Origin: Caldisericaceae bacterium
GTDB lineage: Bacteria > Caldisericota > Caldisericia > Caldisericales > Caldisericaceae
Reading direction: 5' to 3'
Assembly: GCA_027023025.1 (NCBI GenBank)
Contig: JALVXB010000001.1
Coordinates: 3,645-67,644 of the forward strand
DNA: 64,000 nt
Each line of letters begins with the position of its first letter. Position 1 is the stretch's first letter. Shown here piece by piece: positions 43,983-52,264 of this stretch. The notes under the pieces are model-generated. The model was given only the letters and a program-made list of their open reading frames with translations. It did not search any database and was not told the DNA's origin. Made by a program: the position numbers and the translations under genes.

Positions 43983-44948
43983 TCACGAATACTTAATTCT
44001 CGGGTCTATGTAGGCATACATTACGTCTGCAATAACTAAACTCAACAAAAGTATAAACGAGTACATAATGATACCACCCATTGCAACCATGTAGTCGTTG
44101 TTCATAACGGCCTGAATGAGTAAACGACCCATTCCAGGAATGGAAAAGACCTGTTCGACTACTGCAGAGCCGCCTAAAAGTCCCGGCAGAGAAAGGAAAA
44201 ACAGCGTGATAATGGGGTTTAAAGAATTCCTGAATACATGTTTTTTCAGGACATCTTTTTCTTTAAGCCCCTTTGCACGGGCAGTGCGCACATAATCCTT
44301 TCTCAGCATCTCTAAGACGGACGAGCGAGTGTAGCGTGCCCACACGGCAATGCTACCCAGACTGATCACGATGATCGGCATTATGAGGTATTTTGCCCTG
44401 TCCAGTATCCGCGCAAGGAGCGGAGCTGTGTCCATTCCCGGCGTCATTATCCCACCCGGTGGTAGAAGGTGCAGTTTTACAGAAAAAAGAATCATCAGCA
44501 TAAGGCCGAACCAGAAGTGTGGCATCGCAATGCCGAAGTATGAAATTCCGGTAAAGAAGTGGTCAAAAAAAGAATACTGCTTTACCGCAGACTTAAACCC
44601 GATCCAGATGCCGACGAAAAGGGAAATTGTGAATGTAAAAATGTTAATTGAAAGCGTAATTGGGAGCGCGCGGCCAATCATCTTCAATACGGGTTCGCCC
44701 GTTACCGCCGACAAACCGAAGTTCCCCCTAAGTAGAGAAAAAAACCAGTAGAAGTACCTCAGCACGACGGGTTTGTCGAAACCGTACATGTGCTTTAGCG
44801 CTGCAATGTCAGCAGGACTTATAAACGGGTTTGTCTGTAGTTCAGCAAACGGATCTCCGAGCAAACTGAACAGAAAAAACGCAATAATCGTTATACCGAT
44901 AAACTCAGGAATAATTATTAAAAGCCTTCTCAGTATGTAGTTTCTCAT
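43983..44948 (-). CDS. ABC peptide-type transporter permease (OppB/DppB-like)
   Basis: The loop YVRTARAKGLKEKDVLKKHVFRNSL is present. RBS GGAGGAAAG. Confidence 0.85.
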   Translation of the reverse strand: MRNYILRRLLIIIPEFIGITIIAFFLFSLLGDPFAELQTNPFISPADIAALKHMYGFDKPVVLRYFYWFFSLLRGNFGLSAVTGEPVLKMIGRALPITLSINIFTFTISLFVGIWIGFKSAVKQYSFFDHFFTGISYFGIAMPHFWFGLMLMILFSVKLHLLPPGGIMTPGMDTAPLLARILDRAKYLIMPIIVISLGSIAVWARYTRSSVLEMLRKDYVRTARAKGLKEKDVLKKHVFRNSLNPIITLFFLSLPGLLGGSAVVEQVFSIPGMGRLLIQAVMNNDYMVAMGGIIMYSFILLLSLVIADVMYAYIDPRIKYS

Positions 44949-44962
44949 CTTTCCTCCAAAAC

Positions 44963-44985
44963 AGGGGAGGGGAATTCCCCTCCCT
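44963..44985 (-). terminator. intra-operon stem-loop (attenuator/partial terminator) between the binding-protein and permease genes
   Basis: GGGAGGGG-AATT-CCCCTCCC gives an 8-bp perfect stem. On the transcribed strand it is followed by GTTTTGG and then the RBS of the next gene. Confidence 0.55.
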
Positions 44986-44994
44986 CTTCAGTTT

Positions 44995-47199
44995 CTACTT
45001 CTTTTCAAAGTACCAGTAGGAAGCGTTCCAGGCGTATCTGTTTACTCCGCCCTTCGTGCCTACATAGTTCACGAGGTTTGCTTTCTTTGCAGTAATCCTG
45101 ATTCTCTCAAGCCACGGAATTTCAGGGATTTCGTCTGCAAAGATCTGCTGGAATCTCCAGTAGTGTTTCCTTCTTTCTGCACGGCTCAAAGAAGCGTTTG
45201 CAAGGATCGTTTCTTTCGTTGCTTCTTCGTTTCTCCACCTGCTCCAGTTCAGTCCTTTCCAACCGTTTTCTGCCGTGGGGATCTGGTCGATTCTGTAGGA
45301 AAGCAGAGTGCCAGGGAACAACGGGTCTTCGATCCATCCTGCACGGTACAGGTCAACCTGTCCGCGTGGAACGATCCTCGTGTAGTATGTAACGAGCGGA
45401 TACGCTTTGATTATTGCTTTAATACCGATCTGCTTCAAATTTGCCTGCACGAATGTGACGATCTTCATTGAAGAGCTGCCCGTCGTGGAGCCAAGCGTCA
45501 CGATGAACTTCTTCCCTTCTTTGTTTACGAGTATTCCGTCAGGGCCCATTGTCCAGCCTGCTTCTTTAAGAAGCTGCCTTGCTTTGTCGGGCTGATATGT
45601 GTAAACTTTCATCTTTGGGTAGAATGCCCAGCTGCTCTTCATAATCGGGCCTCTGCAGAGCCCTGCTTTTCCGTCGTAAACTTCTTTGGAGTATTCTTCT
45701 CTGTTGATTGCGTATGCAATTGCCTGCCTCACGCGTTTGTCTGCAAGGAACGGATTGCTGCAGTTTACTCCGATGTATGTCATACCTTTTTCTGTTTCCT
45801 GCCAGGTAACGACGAAGTTCTTGTTCTTTGAGAGGACTTTTGCCTGTTCAGGGTTCAGGTCGCCTACATCTACCGTTCCTGCAATGAGGTTTGCAAGACG
45901 CGTGTTTGCGTCAGGAATGTACTTCACGACGACGCTCTTAATGAGCGGTTTGCCCCACGGGTAGTAAGGATTTGCAACGAGCCTTACATAGGAGCCCCTT
46001 ACCCACTTGTCCACCATGTACGGACCGTCTGTTACCGGCTTTTCGTTGAAGCTGCAGCTGTTCAAAGCAGCAGGGTCTTTATCGTAAATAGGTTTTAAAA
46101 TGTGCGCCGGGAGAAGCCCTCTTCCAAGGACGAACTTCGGGTCAATTTTCTTGTAGTAGTAAACGATCGTGTACTTATCCGGAGTTTCAACTTTGGCAAT
46201 AACGGTTGACGCAGTTCTGTTAACGACTCTCACCTTCGGGTCTGCAAGCATCTTTTCGGTAAATACGGCGTCTGCAGATGTAACGGGCGTTCCGTCAGAC
46301 CACTTGAGCCCTTTTCTAAGGTGCACGGTTACCTTTAATCTCTTCTCTCCGTTAATCGTGTAAACTTCAGCAGTACCGTTGTCAACGGACGGAACTTCAG
46401 TAATTGCATACGGGAACACTTCTTCTTTGTTGTTTAAACCCACCATTGGCGCGTTGGTAAATGTCAGGATGTCAACAGATGCGCCGACCGTTGCAAGCGG
46501 CTGGAACAGTGTATCCGGTTCTGCGCCAGATGCAAGGTTAATAACTGCTGATTCAGTAGGAGGAACGAGTATCATGTAGATCGCTTTTGCAACTTCTGCT
46601 CTCGTTGCAGTATCCATAGGAGCAGCCATTCTGCCCGTTCTGTAGTTAAGTAGCTGGTAGTGGTTGTTGTATGCAAGCGTCATTGCGCCAACTGCATAGC
46701 TCGGAATCTTGTTTTCGTCGTTTGCAAAGCACACGGGTTCAGTAATTTTTGCTGCTTCTGCCTGTTTTCCTAAGACTCTGATTAAAAGAACTGCAAGGTC
46801 GCACCTTCTAATTCCAAGCGTCGGGCCAAACTTTCCTCCACCAATACCCTTAATGTAGCCTGCTTTTGCTGCTGCTTCTACATAAGGATAAGACCACCTT
46901 GACGGGCTCACATCGCTGAATGTTGGAGTAGCAGGTTTAACGAGAGGTAACTTCTTTGCTACCACCACGAGTTTTGCAAACTGTTCCCTCGTAACGCCCT
47001 GTTCTGGTTTGAATGTGCCATCCGGGAATCCGTTGATAATACCTTTTGCTGCAAGGTAATTGATCTGTTTTGCTGCCCAATAATTGGACGGCACGTCTTT
47101 AAAACCGTTTCCTGCGTATGCAACTGGCTTTACTGCAAACAGCATAACCAGAAGCATAGCGGCAAGTACTACTGAGAGTACTCTTGTTTTTGCTTTCAT
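44995..47199 (-). CDS. SLH-domain-anchored ABC substrate-binding protein, family 5 (OppA/DppA/MppA-like)
   Basis: RBS AAAGGAGG precedes ATG 47199 (Met16 of the track ORF). The signal peptide is followed by SLH motifs FKDVPSNYWAAKQINYLAAKGIINGFPDGTFKPEQGVTREQFAKL and FSDVSPSRWSYPYVEAAAKAGYIKG. A roughly 500-aa SBP_bac_5-like body follows. Confidence 0.8.
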   Translation of the reverse strand: MKAKTRVLSVVLAAMLLVMLFAVKPVAYAGNGFKDVPSNYWAAKQINYLAAKGIINGFPDGTFKPEQGVTREQFAKLVVVAKKLPLVKPATPTFSDVSPSRWSYPYVEAAAKAGYIKGIGGGKFGPTLGIRRCDLAVLLIRVLGKQAEAAKITEPVCFANDENKIPSYAVGAMTLAYNNHYQLLNYRTGRMAAPMDTATRAEVAKAIYMILVPPTESAVINLASGAEPDTLFQPLATVGASVDILTFTNAPMVGLNNKEEVFPYAITEVPSVDNGTAEVYTINGEKRLKVTVHLRKGLKWSDGTPVTSADAVFTEKMLADPKVRVVNRTASTVIAKVETPDKYTIVYYYKKIDPKFVLGRGLLPAHILKPIYDKDPAALNSCSFNEKPVTDGPYMVDKWVRGSYVRLVANPYYPWGKPLIKSVVVKYIPDANTRLANLIAGTVDVGDLNPEQAKVLSKNKNFVVTWQETEKGMTYIGVNCSNPFLADKRVRQAIAYAINREEYSKEVYDGKAGLCRGPIMKSSWAFYPKMKVYTYQPDKARQLLKEAGWTMGPDGILVNKEGKKFIVTLGSTTGSSSMKIVTFVQANLKQIGIKAIIKAYPLVTYYTRIVPRGQVDLYRAGWIEDPLFPGTLLSYRIDQIPTAENGWKGLNWSRWRNEEATKETILANASLSRAERRKHYWRFQQIFADEIPEIPWLERIRITAKKANLVNYVGTKGGVNRYAWNASYWYFEKK

Positions 47200-47218
47200 A
47201 GTAACCTCCTTTGATTTT

Positions 47219-48319
47219 TTAGTATATAAAATATTTTGAAGCATCGTTTAAAAACGCCTTTCCTTTTTTGCGTTCTTCCTCGTAAAATTTCTCGACTCCC
47301 TCGCTTCTTATTCTTGATAAAATTTTTTCATTATACAGCAGTTCAATAAAATTTCCACTTCCTCGTGTATTAGCAAGTGTAATAAGTGGCGCACTTACTC
47401 TTGCAAAGAAGTCCACGAGGTAAAAAGCGAGTTTCGTAAAAGGAAACCTCCTTACATCGCCCACAAAAAGTTCCACACCGTAACAGCGCTCCCCTTTAAA
47501 GAAGTTATCAGTCGGTATGAAAACGGCAGGTTTAACGAGCAGTCCGTCGAGACGGAGAGACTTAACGAATGTGTAGAGTTCCGTTTCTCCAAGGTACGGC
47601 GCACCTATTAACCTGAACGGTTTTTGCGTTCCCCTGCCTATTGAAACTTTAAAACCTTCGAGTAGCACGAGTGCAGGATACAGGTAAATGGATTGCTCAG
47701 TGCTCAGGTTGGGCGAGGGTGAGGAAAACGGCAAACCTGTGTCTTCGTAGTACAGATTCCGTGAGTAATTGCTCATCTTTACTACTTCCACTTCCGTGTT
47801 TAACCTGTCACCGTAGTAAAGCGCAAGTTCTCCTATCGTAAACGGATAGACGAACGGCAAAAACGGTGCAAGCACATCCACTTCACTTTCAGCAGAAACT
47901 GAGCCAAAACTGTTACTTCCTGAAAGAGGGTTCGGCCTGTCCAGTACGATCACTTTATAACTGTTTTTCACGGATTCTTTTATTAAGCGGAACAGGTTGC
48001 TCAAGTAGGTAAATGTCCGCACGCCTGCATCCTGGATGTCTACATACAGCAGTGAAATTTTAGATAGTTCTTCCACATCTGCTTTTCTGTACACGGTAAC
48101 TACCGGAACACTTAAAAAGGCATCCCTGTAGTCGTAGTACTTTTCACCGGGCTGGTATTCTTCGTAGTAACCGTGTTCGCCAGTAAAAATAACATCAGGC
48201 TTTATGATGTCCACGCTCCTATCCCACTGGGAAGTCACCCCTGAGATGTTCGTGTAGATTCCTATTGTACCTTCTCTCTTTACTTCTTTTAAGTTGTCTA
48301 TTCCAAATTTAACTTTCAT
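47219..48319 (-). CDS. namZ: DUF1343 family exo-beta-N-acetylmuramidase (NamZ/YbbC-like)
   Basis: The family-typical N-terminus is FGIDNL....GTIGIYTNISGV. Length is 366 aa. It is adjacent to murQ. No signal peptide. Confidence 0.7.
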   Translation of the reverse strand: MKVKFGIDNLKEVKREGTIGIYTNISGVTSQWDRSVDIIKPDVIFTGEHGYYEEYQPGEKYYDYRDAFLSVPVVTVYRKADVEELSKISLLYVDIQDAGVRTFTYLSNLFRLIKESVKNSYKVIVLDRPNPLSGSNSFGSVSAESEVDVLAPFLPFVYPFTIGELALYYGDRLNTEVEVVKMSNYSRNLYYEDTGLPFSSPSPNLSTEQSIYLYPALVLLEGFKVSIGRGTQKPFRLIGAPYLGETELYTFVKSLRLDGLLVKPAVFIPTDNFFKGERCYGVELFVGDVRRFPFTKLAFYLVDFFARVSAPLITLANTRGSGNFIELLYNEKILSRIRSEGVEKFYEEERKKGKAFLNDASKYFIY

Positions 48320-49151
48320 ATGCCTCCACGAAGTTAAACTCTTTTTCTTTTAATAGTCTAAACGCTTCTTCCGCTGATAGATTTTTCTTTATCATAAGGC
48401 AGGCAACCCGCGCATCCTTCGTTTCCACAACGAGCGCCTCTGCCCTGCCAATTGGCACACCCGTTATTTTAGAAACGATTTCAGCCGCTCTTTTTACGAG
48501 TTTTTTGTTCGTCGGGACGACCGCAACCATTAAGTTATCGTAGGTCCTCCCGAGCTTCACCATTGAGATCGTAGAAACGATGTTAAGTATGAGTTTTTCT
48601 GCCGTTCCTGCGTTGAGGCGCGTGGAACCTTTTATAAACTCTTCGCCTGTCTCTGCTACGGCAATCGTGTCAACGAATGCGTAATTTACCTTTCTGCAGG
48701 CAACGAGTGCAGTTTTTGCGCCGATTTTATTTGCGTACTTCAGTGCGCCCAGTACATAAGGCGTTTTCCCGCTTGCAGATACGCCAATTGCAATGTCGGA
48801 AGCAGTAAATCCTGCCTTTTTCAAGTCGGCTTCGCCCATGTCAGAGAAGTCCTCCACCTGCTCTTTTGCCTTTATAAGCGCGTCTTTTCCACCCGCAATA
48901 ATTCCGTTAAACAGAGCTTCTTCGTGGAATGTCGGGAAGATTTCGGATGCATCGAGCACGCCTATCCTTCCGCTCGTTCCTGCACCTATGTAGAACACCT
49001 TTCCTCTGCCCTTTATCGTGTTTATCACCGCTTCGGTGAGCGCTAAAACTTCTGGCAGTGCGCTTTCTACCGCATCAAATGCACTTTTCCCGTGCTGAAA
49101 CATTAAGTACACGAGTTTTTTCGTGTCAAAGTGGTTAATGAGTTTTTTCAA
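48309..49151 (-). CDS. murQ: N-acetylmuramic acid 6-phosphate etherase
   Basis: The SIS motif is YIGAGTSGRIGVLDASE. The tail is the MurQ-typical LSAEEAFRLLKE. The start codon is TTG, with GGAGG 6 nt upstream. Confidence 0.9.
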   Translation of the reverse strand: MKKLINHFDTKKLVYLMFQHGKSAFDAVESALPEVLALTEAVINTIKGRGKVFYIGAGTSGRIGVLDASEIFPTFHEEALFNGIIAGGKDALIKAKEQVEDFSDMGEADLKKAGFTASDIAIGVSASGKTPYVLGALKYANKIGAKTALVACRKVNYAFVDTIAVAETGEEFIKGSTRLNAGTAEKLILNIVSTISMVKLGRTYDNLMVAVVPTNKKLVKRAAEIVSKITGVPIGRAEALVVETKDARVACLMIKKNLSAEEAFRLLKEKEFNFVEAYES

Positions 49152-50013
49152 TTGTTTCCTCCGCTATTTTTCTTTCTGCTAACTTTATCAGTGCTTCTCC
49201 AAAACTCGTTTTTTGAGGAACGAACTCAGTATTTTTTAAAAGATCGTTCAAGTGTCTTTCGAACGCATCTTTGAAAAAGTGCGAGTGCTGGAACATTCCG
49301 CCAAAGAGCCCCACTTTCACAGGCATTTCTTCGCGTATTCCTGCTGCCTTTACCGCCGTATAAACGCTGCGCGAAAGCAGTTTTGCGCCTTCTTCGAGGA
49401 TCTGTTTTGCACTTTCCGTTTTAATAACCGTTTTTCCGAAGTCTGCAATAAGCTTTGACGGCAAAGAGGCAGTGTAAATCTTTTGCAGCACTTCTGCGAA
49501 GTCACTCTCTTTGAAAAAGTCTGCTACCGCTTCTGAAAACTCCGTCTTTTTTCCTGTTTGCAGATCGGAAAGTCCGCGCCTGAGGAACTCTTTTCCAAAC
49601 CAGAAACCGCTGCCTTCGTCGCCCAGAAGGTATCCAAGCCCTCCGAAGTGCACCGCCTTCCCGTTAAACTTCGCAAGGATGTTTGAGCCCGTTCCTGCAA
49701 TTACGAGGACGCCGTCCTCATCTTCAAAGAATGCGTAGTGCACTGCATCAATGTCAGAAAAAACTTCGACGAAGCGTGCGACTTTGCTTAACCCGTCTTT
49801 CACGAGTTTTTTCACGGTTTCCGAACTGCCGCCCGAAACTGCACAGCCCAGAATGTCCACTTTTTTTGCGCTGAGTTTTTCTTTTACGAAGTCCAGCACG
49901 ATTTTATTTACGAGTGGGTTTCCGCTGACTTTATATTCGTCCGTTGAAAGGGTACCACTTGTTTCGTAAAAGATCCTTACCGTGCTTCCGCCGAGGTCTA
50001 TTCCTGCATTCAT
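49135..50013 (-). CDS. BadF/BadG/BcrA/BcrD-type sugar kinase (GlcNAc/MurNAc kinase, MurK-like)
   Basis: Motifs are GIDLGGSTVRI, VIAGTGSN and LGDEGSGFWFG. The start is either ATG 50013 or GTG 50028. Confidence 0.7.
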   Translation of the reverse strand: MNAGIDLGGSTVRIFYETSGTLSTDEYKVSGNPLVNKIVLDFVKEKLSAKKVDILGCAVSGGSSETVKKLVKDGLSKVARFVEVFSDIDAVHYAFFEDEDGVLVIAGTGSNILAKFNGKAVHFGGLGYLLGDEGSGFWFGKEFLRRGLSDLQTGKKTEFSEAVADFFKESDFAEVLQKIYTASLPSKLIADFGKTVIKTESAKQILEEGAKLLSRSVYTAVKAAGIREEMPVKVGLFGGMFQHSHFFKDAFERHLNDLLKNTEFVPQKTSFGEALIKLAERKIAEETIEKTH

Positions 50014-50020
50014 TTTACGC

Positions 50021-50761
50021 TCACACACGCCTCAAGTTTAGTGTAATTCTGTAAATGTCTGCCCTGTAAACTGCGTGGACGAACTCAATCAGTTCTCCGC
50101 TTTTTATAAAAGTCCTTCTCTCAATTCTGAAAATTGGCTGGCTTTTCGATATTTGGAGGAGTTCTGCTTCTTCTTTCGTGGGAAGCGCAGCTTCTATCGT
50201 TTCAGTTGCGTAGTACGGCACCAGGCCAAACTTCCTTTTCAGGGTTTCGTATAAGGAGCTTTTGTCTGTGAAATTTTCGAAAAGGTTAGGAAATTTATCA
50301 AACGGAAGGTAAGCATCTTCTATTGCAATGGGTTTTTCCCCCGTAAAACGGAGCCGCTTTAGTCTATAAACCGTGTCTGTTTTAAGCGCTTCCTGCACGC
50401 ATTCTGGTGGTTTTAAAACGGTTTTCTCAAGAATTTTCGAAGACGGGCGCGCGCTTTTACGCTTCATTTCTTCAGTAAAGCCGAAGAGCCGCTCTGACGG
50501 ATGGTTGAACATTTTTTGCGAAACAAATGTGCCTTTGCCGTGTTCGATGTACAGGACACCTTCTTCTATGAGGTCACTGATTGCTTTCCTTATCGTGTTT
50601 CTACTGACATCGAACATTTTACAGAGTTCAGCTTCTGATGGAATTTTCTCTCCGTTTTTTAGCGCTCCTTTTTCAATACTTTTCTTTATCAGGTTCTCTA
50701 CCTGAAAGTACAACGGTACTGCACTGTCCTTATCTACCGATACATCACTAAGTAATGACAT
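50021..50761 (-). CDS. GntR-family regulator, HutC subfamily (wHTH + UTRA), probable locus repressor
   Basis: The wHTH region is VPLYFQVENLIKKSIEKGALKNGEKIPSEAELCKMFDVSRNTIRKAISDLIEEGVLYIEHGKGTFV. I chose ATG 50761 (RBS GGGAGG), which lies downstream of the promoter at 50782-50809. The track start 50878 lies upstream of that promoter. Confidence 0.85.
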   Translation of the reverse strand: MSLLSDVSVDKDSAVPLYFQVENLIKKSIEKGALKNGEKIPSEAELCKMFDVSRNTIRKAISDLIEEGVLYIEHGKGTFVSQKMFNHPSERLFGFTEEMKRKSARPSSKILEKTVLKPPECVQEALKTDTVYRLKRLRFTGEKPIAIEDAYLPFDKFPNLFENFTDKSSLYETLKRKFGLVPYYATETIEAALPTKEEAELLQISKSQPIFRIERRTFIKSGELIEFVHAVYRADIYRITLNLRRV

Positions 50762-50781
50762 ACCAACCTCCCTATGTTTGG

Positions 50782-50809
50782 AGTATAATACGAATATTTT
50801 CTCTGTCAA
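50782..50809 (-). promoter_or_regulatory. sigma-70-type promoter TTGACA-N16-TATACT
   Basis: TTGACA is the reverse complement of 50804-50809 and TATACT of 50782-50787. Confidence 0.65.
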
Positions 50810-50941
50810 GTAAAAGTCGTCTTCGTTTTGCGGGATGTTACTTCCACGCGCTTGCTTTGCCTCAATTTCTTTATTCAAACTTCACACCTTTTACAGGGAA
50901 TTTCTCACGCCGTTTCGCAGTTTGTCCGCTCGTTTTCCGTT

Positions 50942-50970
50942 GTTTCTTAAAAGTGCACAATCAATATAAT
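50942..50970 (+). promoter_or_regulatory. promoter with perfect -10 TATAAT placed 7 nt before ATG 50978 (leaderless transcript candidate)
   Basis: TATAAT is at 50965-50970. The -35 region is weak (GTTTCT at 50942-50947). There is no SD sequence before the ATG. Confidence 0.45.
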
Positions 50971-50977
50971 AGATAAA

Positions 50978-52156
50978 ATGGACATAACGGATAAAAAAGT
51001 CTGGCTTAAAACGATTAAAAGTGCGGATAAAGTGCTCTTTTCAAAAGATAGGATAGAGCAATTTAACGGCACGGTAAACAAAAATATCTTTGCTACTTCA
51101 AAAGAAAACATCCCTGACTTTGACATGCTTATCTCTTCTTTAAGAACGCTTACTGCTCGCTATAAAAAGGTGGACATTTCAAGTGTGGAATCCGAAATAA
51201 GAAACGCCTCTTATGCAGACGAGTTTGCACTTACGATAAACCGCACGGCGATGCGTGCCCTCCCAATAAAAAACTTTCTTTTTTCTGGGGAAGAAAGGGA
51301 CATTGACAGAATGCAGGAAACGGGCCTTGAAATCGGCGAGGCACTTCGTATCCTGCTGAAAGGAAAGCGCTGGGCATATACAGAGTCGCCCTTTTACGGT
51401 GGTTGGGTAAAACTCGCTGACATTGCAATTGGAGATAAGGAAACAGTTAAGCAATTTGCAGGTGCAAAGGAATTTTTCGTCGTAACTGGCAACTATGTTT
51501 ACACGATCCCATCGATTAACAAAAAGATCTCTATGCGTATGTTCGGTATGGGCGCAAAACTCGTAAAAGCAGAGGGCAGAATTGCAGTTTCAGGGGAAGT
51601 GCAAACTGTGCAGCGTGTAGTAAAACTGCCCGTTAAAAAGCACGGGAAACTTGCCTTTGAAAGTGCACTTGTTTCGCACAACGCAGATGTTTCTGACGGA
51701 TACCTTGCACCCACGCGGAGAAACATTTTAGAAGAGGCGCTAAAACTCGTGGGGGAGCGGTACGGATGGGGCGACAGCTTCGGCGCAAGGGACTGCTCGA
51801 GCACGATAAGGAGTATTTACGAAACGATGGGCATTCTCCTTCCAAGGGACGCAAAAGAACAGGAGAAAATCATGCTCGGAAAAAGGTTTGACTTTTCTCA
51901 AATGAGCCTTAAAGAAAAACTCAAAGCGCTGGATAAGTTTCAGCTTGGAGACCTGCTGTTTATGAAAGGGCATGTGATGATGTACTTTGGTAAGGTAAAT
52001 GGGACGCACTACATATTTCACAACTTCCACAGGACTTACGCAAACGGCAGGAGTATTCCCGTAAATTCTGCACTTATCACGCCGATAAGCGTACCGTTTT
52101 CAGCTGAAAAAACGGCACGCTCAGAAATCAGGACGGGGATCGTAATGGAGGAGTAA
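50978..52156 (+). CDS. SH3b + NlpC/P60 gamma-D-glutamyl-L-diamino acid endopeptidase (YkfC-like), cytoplasmic
   Basis: The NlpC/P60 core is GERYGWGDSFGARDCSSTIRSIYETMGILLPRDAKEQ...GDLLFMKGHVMMYFG. No signal peptide. Confidence 0.75.
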   Translation: MDITDKKVWLKTIKSADKVLFSKDRIEQFNGTVNKNIFATSKENIPDFDMLISSLRTLTARYKKVDISSVESEIRNASYADEFALTINRTAMRALPIKNFLFSGEERDIDRMQETGLEIGEALRILLKGKRWAYTESPFYGGWVKLADIAIGDKETVKQFAGAKEFFVVTGNYVYTIPSINKKISMRMFGMGAKLVKAEGRIAVSGEVQTVQRVVKLPVKKHGKLAFESALVSHNADVSDGYLAPTRRNILEEALKLVGERYGWGDSFGARDCSSTIRSIYETMGILLPRDAKEQEKIMLGKRFDFSQMSLKEKLKALDKFQLGDLLFMKGHVMMYFGKVNGTHYIFHNFHRTYANGRSIPVNSALITPISVPFSAEKTARSEIRTGIVMEE

Positions 52157-52264
52157 TTTTACTTCTACGGCAAATTCTTAAAGTTTGCACCCGCAAAACG
52201 CACAGCGGCATTCCGCAGGTGCACTTGAAGTTCAAACAAGAAACGCTTTTGCAGTTTTAGTTTT

